This document shows positions 19,373-27,919 of a DNA stretch of 64,000 nucleotides, piece after piece. Made by a program: the position numbers and the translations under genes. The first letter of the stretch is position 1; each line of letters starts with the position of its first letter. The notes below the pieces were generated by a model. That model made no database searches. It saw only the letters and a list, made by a program, of their open reading frames with translations, and was not told where the DNA came from. This DNA comes from Candidatus Uhrbacteria bacterium (lineage in GTDB: Bacteria > Patescibacteriota > Patescibacteriia > JACQRZ01): NCBI GenBank assembly GCA_016188385.1, contig JACPHV010000002.1, positions 24,116 to 88,115 on the forward strand, read 5' to 3'.

Positions 19373-20512
19373 ATGAATACAAAAATAGATACAATCATTG
19401 TTGGCGGTGGGATATCTGGTCTAAGTGCGGCATATCACTTGAAAAAGCATGGTGTAGATTTCAAATTGATTTCGGAAGATATTGGCGGTAGAATTCATGA
19501 ATCAAAAAATGGCAATATACAATACGGCGCATACTACATCATGGATATTTATACGCACACCAAAGAATTTGCCAAAATCGGACGCAAAATTAAACCGTCC
19601 GAATTAATTTTTCACAAGCGTGGCAAAGGCTACTCAATTATCCAAAAATCATTTGTCAGATATATTCCACAGTCGATTCGGTTTGCCATAATTTTGCGTA
19701 AATTCAAAAAACAATATAGCAAATTTAAAAAGGATTGTTGCAATACTTCACAAGCGGAAGTTATTAGAAATAATCCGTACTTATCAAGGCTGTACGAAAC
19801 AAACGCTGCGAAATTTATTAAAGAAAATAAAATCAACGATGTTGTGTGTCAATATATGGAGGAAATTTTACATGGCACAACTTTTACATCGGTTGATAAA
19901 CTCAACGCTTTTACATTTCTTCAATTCTCTTTGCCGTTAATCACTCCGATTCATGAGTTTGTGCTAGATAAAAAGAAAATCATAAATGATTTTAAAAATG
20001 ATATTATTTTTAATGTTGTAGACATTATAAAAAAAGAAGAAGATTATTACGTTCTAAAAACTCAAAGCAAAACATACGAAGCGTCAAATGTTGTCGTAGC
20101 AACACCACCGCACATTTCAAAAAAACTACTTCACTTGAATGATATTAAGGGTGCTGTTGACGCACACATGTTTCATATAGTCGGGCAAGTGCAGGAAAAA
20201 TGGTGCAAGGGTTATTGTAACTTATTTTCTGACGAAAACGATATGCTAGCGATTGCATTTATGCCAGACTACTCGTGCCTGTTTTACTCGAAAAACCCTA
20301 ACCCAGACTTTAGTAAATATTTTTACGATTTTAAAATTTTGGAATCACAATATTGGAATCCAGCATTCAATCTGGAAGGAAATGTTTTGTGGGACAGCAA
20401 AATAGATGATAATCTATATTTAATTGGAGATCATAATGTTTGCGGGATTGAAGATTCTTTTATTACTGGTATTTACGCAGCTAACCAGATTATTGCAAAG
20501 AAAAACCAATAA
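19373..20512 (+). CDS. FAD-dependent oxidoreductase (amine oxidase/HemY-like fold)
   Basis: IIVGGGISGLSAAY, IGGRI, VVVATP, LIGD...IEDSFITGIYAA. Confidence 0.82.
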   Translation: MNTKIDTIIVGGGISGLSAAYHLKKHGVDFKLISEDIGGRIHESKNGNIQYGAYYIMDIYTHTKEFAKIGRKIKPSELIFHKRGKGYSIIQKSFVRYIPQSIRFAIILRKFKKQYSKFKKDCCNTSQAEVIRNNPYLSRLYETNAAKFIKENKINDVVCQYMEEILHGTTFTSVDKLNAFTFLQFSLPLITPIHEFVLDKKKIINDFKNDIIFNVVDIIKKEEDYYVLKTQSKTYEASNVVVATPPHISKKLLHLNDIKGAVDAHMFHIVGQVQEKWCKGYCNLFSDENDMLAIAFMPDYSCLFYSKNPNPDFSKYFYDFKILESQYWNPAFNLEGNVLWDSKIDDNLYLIGDHNVCGIEDSFITGIYAANQIIAKKNQ

Positions 20513-20581
20513 GTAACTTGAGCTTTCACCCTTGACCATGAATATGGTAAAATAATAACAGGTTTCAATTATATAAAATTA

Positions 20582-21604
20582 ATGCCGAAAAACAATAATA
20601 AAATTAGCATAAAAGATGAATTGACTGAATTTCTGCTTTATACCGCTCCAAGCGGCAAGGTAAAAGTGGAAATTTACTTTCATAACGAAAATATTTGGCT
20701 GACTCAAGATAAGATGGTCAAATTATTTGGCGTGCACCAGCCAGCTATTGCCAAGCACTTAAAAAATATTTTCGAAAGTGGTGAATTATTGGAAAATTCA
20801 GTTCATTCCATTTTGGAATATACTGCCAACGATGGCAAAAAGTACCAAACTAAATTTTATAATCTTGACGCCATAATTTCAGTTGGCTATCGGGTAAACT
20901 CAGCGCAAGCCACACAATTCCGTATTTGGGCCACAGAAAGACTCAAGGAGTACATAATCAAGGGTTTTACCATGGATGACGAGAGGTTAAAAAACGGAAA
21001 GTATTTTGACAAAGATTACTTTCTCGAACTTTTGGAAAGAGTCCGTTCTATTCGTGCCAGTGAAAGAAAAATTTATCAGCAAATTACGGATATTTTTGCT
21101 GAATGCAGCCTGGATTATAGCCCCACCTCAGAAATTGCTAAAAATTTTTACGCAATGATACAAAATAAATTTCATTTTGCCATTACCGGCAAAACTGCGG
21201 CTGAAATAATTTAAGAAACAGCTGACAAACAAAAACCGTTTATGGGACTTAAAACATGGAAGAATTCACCGAAGGGCAGAATTCTTAAATCCGATACGGT
21301 TATCGCCAAAAATTATCTTAATGAGGATAAAATAAAGAAACTGGAAAAAGGTATCGTTGGCTATTTCGATTACATCGAAAGACTGATTGAAAATCGTACT
21401 GTTTTTAGGATGGAAAAACTGGCCGAATCTGTTAATCAATTTCTAGAATTTAACAAGTATAAGATACTCGAAGGCAAAGGCTCTATTTCCCATACTCAAG
21501 CGGAGCAAAAAGCATTTCAAGAATACGACAAATACAACCAAACACAGGCAATAGAATCTGATTTTGACAAATTCGTGAAATCTTTACCGACAGGAGAAAA
21601 ATAA
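20582..21604 (+). pseudogene. RhuM-family protein with an in-frame TAA at 21212-21214
   Basis: WLTQ, YNLDAIISVGYRVNS, ATQFRIWAT, KGFTMDDERLK, IRASE; frame continues through the TAA as ETADKQKPFMGLKTW. Confidence 0.85.
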
Positions 21605-21607
21605 GGA

Positions 21608-21633
21608 GTTTTGGATTTTGGGCATTCACCCCC
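21608..21633 (+). repeat. Half-hairpin + TTCACCCC junction repeat
   Basis: GTTTTGGATTTTGGGCATTCACCCC, 22/25 identical to 24050-24074; starts 4 bp after the stop. Confidence 0.75.
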
Positions 21634-21742
21634 TGCCCCAGTATGAGAGAATTCCCTTGCGGACTCTCTCGTATTAGAATGCAGAGAAGCGGTGCGGCAT
21701 GGCGCACCCTGACCCCGTCGCTCCGAAAACAATTTTCAAAGT

Positions 21743-22733
21743 ATGTCAGAAAAACCGTATGATACGCAAAAAATTTTAGCAGAAGCTCGCGCCGTTAGTG
21801 ATGAAACAAAAAAAAGCACACGGGGAAGGATTATTTCAAGAGCTTGAACAGCGCGTCTTTAGACCGCTCTTTGATGTTGATTTTCAAGCAGAAATACAGG
21901 ACATTGCACAGGGCGACAACCAAATAAGCTTCACTAAAACAGAATTGAATGAACACGACAGAGAACAACTTGCGCGTTATATTGCGAGCCGTAGCAGAGA
22001 TAGAGGGAAAGAAGGTGATTTTTCAGACGAGAGCAGTTGGTACGCCGTGGACCGATTGGTGTACAATATTGGTGAAACCAATCTTGATATTTTTAGCTAT
22101 CTTCCGGATGGATACAAGATTTTATTCTGCCCCAACAGCAAGGTATACAACGGTGCCGTTGATTATGAAAATAGAATTATATGCGTTACCAGTGATATTT
22201 CCTCGCTTGGCAGTATTGCAACTATTCTACATGAAGTAGGACACGTAAAAGACAATGAGCGTTTGAAAAAGCTAGACGTAACAGAATTGACAAAAGGTGG
22301 CGATTGGGAAGAAAACAGAGCGGCTGAGCAAATGCGCAAAGAAAGAGAAGCGAGTCTATACGCTCTTCGCAAAATGTGGAAAGAGTTACGAAAAAACGAG
22401 CAGACCAAAAAAGACATACTGCTCTATCTGAAAAATATGGCGTATTATTCCCACTGCATAACAGGGTTGCAAAATATCTCCACAGCACGTGCCATGGCGC
22501 ACCATAATCCATACGACCCTGAACTTGATATGCAAGAAGAATTGGAAAGACAACGTTACGATGCTTGGGAAAAATTTAAACAATCTGATGAGTACGCGGC
22601 ATGGAAAAGTATGAAAGAATTTACGCAATTGGATGAGTTCGAGGAATACGGTGCATGGTGTCAATGGGTAGAAGAAACGGGGAAGGTTGACGATCCTGAA
22701 TTTTTGGGTAAATACTTTGGATTCGAACAATAA
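21743..22733 (+). CDS. HExxH (zincin-like) hypothetical protein; likely true start 21743 with an extra A in the A8 run 21808-21815, otherwise starts at 21798/21801
   Basis: ILHEVGH...EREASLYAL; upstream ATG frame MSEKPYDTQKILAEARAVSDETKK joins AHGEGLF if one A is removed. Confidence 0.6.
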
Positions 22734-22736
22734 TGT

Positions 22737-22762
22737 GTCTTGGCTTTTGGGTGTTCACCCCC
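22737..22762 (+). repeat. Half-hairpin + TTCACCCC junction repeat
   Basis: GTCTTGGCTTTTGGGTGTTCACCCC, 24/25 identical to 24050-24074; starts 4 bp after the stop. Confidence 0.85.
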
Positions 22763-22822
22763 AACCTTTTCGTTATTTAAACTAGATTATTCCTACCAGT
22801 TTGCTGGTCGAAGGTTCATTTG

Positions 22823-22895
22823 TTTGTATACATTGCTTGACACAAAATATACAAACTGGTATACTTTGTATACATTCATAAAAGATGTAAACAAA
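22823..22895 (+). promoter_or_regulatory. sigma70 promoter of the fic gene overlapped by repeated TGTATACA-type boxes
   Basis: TTGACA(22837)-17 bp-TATACT(22860); TTTGTATACATT at 22823 and 22865, inverted variants at 22846 and 22885. Confidence 0.75.
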
Positions 22896-22897
22896 AT

Positions 22898-24046
22898 ATG
22901 AAAGACATCGAAATTGGAGCATACAAAACACAGCCGACTGGTTTTAAGGTATTTATTCCGCATCCTTTTCCACCAAAGGTCGGTTTTAATTTTGACCAAA
23001 GTATTCTCAAAAAGAACAATGAGGCCACCCGTCTGCTCGGTAAATTAGACGGCATTACAAAATTGTTGCCTGATGCTGACTTTTTTCTTTTGATGTATCT
23101 ACGAAAAGATGCGGCTTCTTCCAGTCAGATTGAAGGCACGCGCGCGACTATGATTGACGCTATTGCTACTGAAGTAAAAATAGATACGAAAATACCGGAC
23201 GATGTTGATGATATTTTGCATTACATAAAAGCTCTTAATTATGGGATCAAGCGAATGAAAGAAGATGACTTTCCTATGGTTTTGCGGTTCATCCGAGAAC
23301 TACACAAACAGCTCATGCAAAAAGCGCGGGCGACTCATTTCTCTGATCCTGGTGAATTTCGCAAAAGTCAGAATTGGATCGGCGGCACACGGCCAGATAA
23401 TGCAAATTTTGTGCCGCCACCGGTTGATGAAATGCATCGAGCACTTAATGACCTGGAAAAATTTATCCACGAGAATGGCAATATTCTAACAGTAATAAAA
23501 GCGGGACTTATTCATGCTCAATTTGAGACGATTCACCCATTTTTAGATGGCAACGGAAGAACGGGACGAATGCTCATCACCTTTTATTTTTGGAAAGAGG
23601 GATATTTAGAAAAGCCGGTTCTGTTTTTGTCATCCTTCTTTAAGAAACACCAAAAATTATATTACGAAAGGCTATTAGGTTATCACAATGGTAATGTCTC
23701 TAATTGGATAGAATTTTTTCTTGATGGCGTAGTAGAAATTGCTAATGAAGCAATAGATACAGTCGGAAAAATCACTATATTGCGTGAGAGAGATCTACTG
23801 AAAATTCAAACTCTTGGAAAACGCGCTTCAGAAAGTGCAACTTTGATGTTGCCCAAATTGTACGCTCAACCAATCGTAACTGCTAGCGTTGTTCAAAAAT
23901 GGACGAGTTTTACACGCGCTGGCGCTCAGACCGTGATTGATAGATTTATTCAAATGGGCATTCTAACGCCAAAAGATAAGGGTAAAAAATACGGTCAATC
24001 ATATATGTACAAAAACTACATTGATATTTTTAACAAGAACGAATAA
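22898..24046 (+). CDS. Fic-family protein (class II-like, probable C-terminal wHTH)
   Basis: HPFLDGNGRTGR active site; N-terminal SSQIEG inhibitory motif. Confidence 0.93.
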   Translation: MKDIEIGAYKTQPTGFKVFIPHPFPPKVGFNFDQSILKKNNEATRLLGKLDGITKLLPDADFFLLMYLRKDAASSSQIEGTRATMIDAIATEVKIDTKIPDDVDDILHYIKALNYGIKRMKEDDFPMVLRFIRELHKQLMQKARATHFSDPGEFRKSQNWIGGTRPDNANFVPPPVDEMHRALNDLEKFIHENGNILTVIKAGLIHAQFETIHPFLDGNGRTGRMLITFYFWKEGYLEKPVLFLSSFFKKHQKLYYERLLGYHNGNVSNWIEFFLDGVVEIANEAIDTVGKITILRERDLLKIQTLGKRASESATLMLPKLYAQPIVTASVVQKWTSFTRAGAQTVIDRFIQMGILTPKDKGKKYGQSYMYKNYIDIFNKNE

Positions 24047-24049
24047 GGC

Positions 24050-24099
24050 GTCTTGGCTTTTGGGTATTCACCCCGCCCCTCCTGCCCAAAAGCCAAGAC
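24050..24099 (+). repeat. GC-rich hairpin with TTCACCCC-containing loop (cassette 2 3' end)
   Basis: GTCTTGGCTTTTGGG / CCCAAAAGCCAAGAC perfect 15 bp. Confidence 0.85.
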
Positions 24100-24162
24100 A
24101 AAAAATCAATTTTGTCCATTTTGGGAAAGCATCCTGACGGATTAAAAGGAAAAGCATACATC

Positions 24163-24255
24163 AGCTAACACTGACTATGCGGCTCGGTCTCTTTCGAGAG
24201 ACTTCACCCATATTGCTCCCTGCGGTGCAACATCGCATAGCCAGAAACATTAGCT
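24163..24255 (+). repeat. attC-like site 2 (core ATT instead of GTT)
   Basis: AGCTAAC-A-CTGACTATGCG...CGCATAGCCAG-AAAC-ATTAGCT; shares the CCCATATTGCTCCC interior with site 1. Confidence 0.8.
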
Positions 24256-24472
24256 TAAATACATTTTTACATATTCCCTTTTTGCCGATCCGCTTTTCGG
24301 ATTTTCAATAAGGAGGGAGAATTGGTTCTTTTTTTACAGGGGGGGCTGTCTGGCTGTCGCCAGCCAGTTCGGATGTTTTCTCCGCTCCCGCTGGTCGCTC
24401 CGAAAACGATTTTTAATCGAATTTTGGCTTGAAATAAGGTACAATTTAAGGATTAAAAGTAAATTTGAGGAT

Positions 24473-24661
24473 ATGAAGAAACTAACACCCAAAAATCTTT
24501 TACAAAAAAGATCCTTGCGACTTAAAACGATTTATGACGAATATGTCGAGAGTCTTACGGAACTAAGAAAAAGACATCTTGATGAGTTTACAAGTTTCGC
24601 TCGGAAATTAGAGCAACAGAAAATTGATACGATCCGCAATTCACTTAAATCAAAAGTATGA
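24473..24661 (+). CDS. Small basic helical hypothetical protein
   Basis: 62 aa, GAGG SD-like sequence, ATGA overlap with the next gene. Confidence 0.6.
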   Translation: MKKLTPKNLLQKRSLRLKTIYDEYVESLTELRKRHLDEFTSFARKLEQQKIDTIRNSLKSKV

Positions 24662-26472
24662 CCGATACTGAAATTAAACCAACACCAGAGTCACCGGATG
24701 GAGCAGTAGAAAAGCCAACGATACCAGAAAAACCAGAAGTACAAATCGAGACACCCGAACAACTTGATACACTCCGGGCCGAGGCAAAGCAAGGTATTGC
24801 GGATTTAGCGCGTACAGATACGGAGGCAACACTGGGTCGGATTGAGCGAGTTACGTCATCGATAGGTAAAGGCAGTGAAGAAGGCAAAACCATGGCTGTG
24901 CGTCAAGCAAGTGAAATCAAAGCAGTAGAGCAAACTACACTCATAAAGATTGAGGCCTCAAAAATTGGACAATCACTTTCCGCAATCCCAACCGGAGAAG
25001 ATTTTGAGCGCGTAGGAACTGGCGCGCCAGTTTTTGATGGTTCTGCCGAGGAGCAAGCCGCCTCGCAAAATTTATTGATTCGTCTGGAAACCGGACAAGT
25101 CGGCGGAAAACCAGCTACGATCGAGACCGAAGCAGTATCTACAGAGGTTGAGATTAATTTTAATCCGGGAGCGCATGCAGAACAACTTCGTGAAAAAGTA
25201 AAAGGGCTCCTCGGTCGTCCCGAAATTGATAATTTCTTTTCTCAATTGCACCAAGACGATCTAAAAGATTTGGTTGGCGTACTCTCGCGTGAAAGTATGA
25301 ATCCAAAACTTGGTCGTCTTGCTGACCTTTTAAGGTCATCAGTTAAGAGTAAGGATCAATTTGCACAAAATGCCGAAAAACACACAAAAGAACAAATACG
25401 GCAATTATTTGTACAATTCAAAACAGATTTCGACAAAGTATTGGATCAAGTATTTAGCAGAGCAGAGATTCTTGGAATGGCAGAACTCGACATAGATGCG
25501 GCAATGAAAAGGAGCAATGGATTGATTTTGTCACAACGAAGAATATTAGGGCCGGGGCCAATACAAGATTTTGTTGATTCGCTCGCCTATCGCGCACTTG
25601 CTGAGGTTCGAAAGGAAATTGAGGCACAGAAGAAAGCGCAACAATCAGCAGAAATACTAGAGGCTGTTGAAGCGGTGGAAAAAAGAGAAGAACCACAAGA
25701 ATGGCTCGATCAAAAAAGAGAAGCCGCATATGCAGAGTTTGGTAAAATTTTGTCAGAACTTGAAGAATCGGGAGGTGTGGAGGGAGTACAAAAATGGTAT
25801 GCGGATTTTTTCAATCCCGCCCTCACTGAAGCTGGACTTGAACCATTGAAACCAGAAGATGTTCAAAGTTTACGCTACTTAGACGTTATATCTGAATCAT
25901 CGTCTCGTATTGCCGGAAAAGAAATTAGAAGGCCGGTTTTAATTTTTACAAACATTGGGGAATATCAGCGTTTTTCATCACGTCTTCAGGGCGAACACGG
26001 CATGTCATCGCGTGGAATGTATCTGCCACGTGATATCTTTGCAGAAGGCGATTTACTTCGAGAAACAGGACTTCTTATTGCTACAGGAAATAAAGAATTT
26101 ATTGACCATGAAGTAAGACACTCTATTGACCCTAATCTTGAAGCTCGGAAAGGTTATGATGGTATTCTTGACGAAGCTTTCGCGTATTATCAACAGGATA
26201 TTGTTGAAGGGCGATCAGAGGCATACAGACATTTAGCAAAACCGGAAGATGGCCCATGGAGAAGATTTGCAGGTTCAATCGGAGGAGAGATTTACGGGGA
26301 AACATATTCAAAAGGCGCAGAGAAAAAACTATCTAGCGACGAACTGGCAAAATTATCTCAAGATGTCGTTGCCGCAATCCGATCTATTTCTGAAAAAAGT
26401 GGGCACGTGGAAACTCAACGCATTCTCGCACAAACAAAAAGTATTGAGGAATTACTTAGGTTGGCTAAATAG
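24658..26472 (+). CDS. Acidic coiled-coil hypothetical protein with a C-terminal HExxH motif
   Basis: 604 aa; IDHEVRH...DEAFAY. Confidence 0.65.
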   Translation: MTDTEIKPTPESPDGAVEKPTIPEKPEVQIETPEQLDTLRAEAKQGIADLARTDTEATLGRIERVTSSIGKGSEEGKTMAVRQASEIKAVEQTTLIKIEASKIGQSLSAIPTGEDFERVGTGAPVFDGSAEEQAASQNLLIRLETGQVGGKPATIETEAVSTEVEINFNPGAHAEQLREKVKGLLGRPEIDNFFSQLHQDDLKDLVGVLSRESMNPKLGRLADLLRSSVKSKDQFAQNAEKHTKEQIRQLFVQFKTDFDKVLDQVFSRAEILGMAELDIDAAMKRSNGLILSQRRILGPGPIQDFVDSLAYRALAEVRKEIEAQKKAQQSAEILEAVEAVEKREEPQEWLDQKREAAYAEFGKILSELEESGGVEGVQKWYADFFNPALTEAGLEPLKPEDVQSLRYLDVISESSSRIAGKEIRRPVLIFTNIGEYQRFSSRLQGEHGMSSRGMYLPRDIFAEGDLLRETGLLIATGNKEFIDHEVRHSIDPNLEARKGYDGILDEAFAYYQQDIVEGRSEAYRHLAKPEDGPWRRFAGSIGGEIYGETYSKGAEKKLSSDELAKLSQDVVAAIRSISEKSGHVETQRILAQTKSIEELLRLAK

Positions 26473-26521
26473 ATCATTCGAACATTGCTAAAACAAATGT
26501 GCCTAAATACATAAAGTCAGG

Positions 26522-26574
26522 GTTGGCGGGGCGCAATTCACCCCCTCTAATTCCCACTCTTGCGCCCCGCCAAC
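26522..26574 (+). repeat. GC-rich hairpin with TTCACCCC-containing loop (cassette 3 3' end)
   Basis: GTTGGCGGGGCGCAA / TTGCGCCCCGCCAAC perfect 15 bp; loop resembles that at 19061. Confidence 0.85.
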
Positions 26575-26707
26575 AAGGAATCAATTCGCCCCTTAAAATA
26601 GTGAAAGCGATCGCGGCAATCGGGAATAGTAAAAATGTACTTCGTCGGTCGCTTCGCTCCCTCCGACCACGCTACGCTCTCGCCTTCGCTTCGCTACGGC
26701 TCGGGTC

Positions 26708-26806
26708 GGCTAACACAGCGTATGCGGTTCTGTACTCGGTTCGCCCCTCTCCCATATTTTTGCTCCCGTTGGTCGCAAAAACATCGCATACGCTGGAACG
26801 CCAGGC
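26708..26806 (+). repeat. attC-like site 3 (terminal, degenerate core GCC)
   Basis: GGCTAAC-A-CAGCGTATGCG...CGCATACGCTG-GAAC-GCCAGGC. Confidence 0.78.
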
Positions 26807-26861
26807 TCGCCCCTCACGCAAATTTTGCTTTATTTTTCGACTTTGTTTATAATGGAATCGT

Positions 26862-27008
26862 ATGAAGAAACTACTCGAAAAATTTCAACGCAAACCAAAG
26901 AAACTAGATCCGGAGAAGCCAGCACAGCGAAAACAAATTATTGAGCAAGCTGTGAAACGGACGATTCAGGAATATGGTGAAGCTCTTAAACGACTCGGCG
27001 CTGAATAA
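26862..27008 (+). CDS. 48-aa putative antitoxin for the downstream Doc; absent from the ORF track
   Basis: Manual translation MKKLLEKFQRKPKKLDPEKPAQRKQIIEQAVKRTIQEYGEALKRLGAE; overlaps the start of the doc-like gene; TATAAT at 26848. Confidence 0.6.
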   Translation: MKKLLEKFQRKPKKLDPEKPAQRKQIIEQAVKRTIQEYGEALKRLGAE

Positions 27009-27555
27009 GTCTCACTTTCTGACTCTCGAAGATGTTCGAGATATTTGTTACGTATACGCTAAGGCGTATCTTACGCACGATGAGCCTATCCCTTCTTTTG
27101 ACACGCGCTATCCAGAAAAGCTGGAAGCTGTGCTTGCTTCTCCTCAAACGCAAATTGGCGGAAGATTTGTTCACTCCTCAATGTCGCGACAAGCGGCTGT
27201 TTTATTTTACGAGCTGATTAAACAACATCCATTCCTGAATGTAAACAAACGCATTGCTTGTGTTTCACTTATGGCCTTTCTCTCCCTCAATGATATGTGG
27301 CTAAAAACAAGCAGGTGGTGGCTCTATGATATTGCGGTTACTGTCGCGACATCTCGAAGTGACAATCGCGAGGGGATGCTTCAACTCGTTCCGCTATTCT
27401 ACGATCCATTTCGCTCACCCTTGTATACCGGCCGCCCTCTACCGCCGCTGTTATGCGCGATTAAGTCCGCACCGTGCATTGCAATGGCTCTGGCGCGAGA
27501 AGCCACTTTCTTTTTCCCGTATAGAGTCGGTTGGTTATTCCAAAAGCGAGTTTAG
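26974..27555 (+). CDS. Doc/Fic-family toxin, atypical motif and probable run-on C-terminus
   Basis: AAVLFYELIKQHPFLNVNKRIA. Confidence 0.75.
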   Translation: MVKLLNDSALNKSHFLTLEDVRDICYVYAKAYLTHDEPIPSFDTRYPEKLEAVLASPQTQIGGRFVHSSMSRQAAVLFYELIKQHPFLNVNKRIACVSLMAFLSLNDMWLKTSRWWLYDIAVTVATSRSDNREGMLQLVPLFYDPFRSPLYTGRPLPPLLCAIKSAPCIAMALAREATFFFPYRVGWLFQKRV

Positions 27556-27919
27556 TGAATATCATCCGCTCGTCGTCGAGATAAAGTAAAATGGCATCCG
27601 TGTTCGATAGAAGTTTTTTAAGGAAAAACGGCATCAGGATCTTTTTGATGCGAATAAAATGCGCTTCGAGATTGCGCGACTAAGTATGAATCCCCGCCTG
27701 TGGATAAACCGCCATTGCGTGTCAAACATATTGATTATATAATATATAATGAATTTATACGCAGTTTTCCTTAAGGTCCCTTAAAAATTTACGAAAGTTG
27801 ATCATCGGGTATGCAAGATGCCGGAATCCCAAGAATGTGCATTATTGCAATATATCGACGAAAATCAGCTTGAGATACAGTAATGGGGAACCCCCGGATT
27901 CCTTAGTTGGCATAGATGT

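Larger units (their letters stand above)
16050..26806. mobile_element. Integron-like platform plus cassette array (cassette 1 16949-19253, composite cassette 2 19254-24249, cassette 3 24250-26800)
   Basis: Divergent IntI-like gene, attI-like site, three attC-like hairpins, co-oriented AT-rich cargo genes. Confidence 0.8.

Noticed and set aside
21212-21214. Stop-codon reassignment (code 25 or similar)
   Set aside because: The internal stop is a single TAA, and TGA terminates core genes such as alaS and thrS normally.
19044-26806. CRISPR array
   Set aside because: Repeats are separated by whole genes, not 30-40 bp spacers; no cas genes in the window.
27386-27589. Remnant of another gene (ends SEYHPLVVEIK, loosely like an EEP-family SDHxP terminus)
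   Set aside because: Too short and degenerate to support without a search.
27699-27760. Possible oriC: DnaA box TGTGGATAA plus AT-rich tract
   Set aside because: Only one perfect box seen and no dnaA/dnaN nearby; more likely the promoter region of the giant gene.
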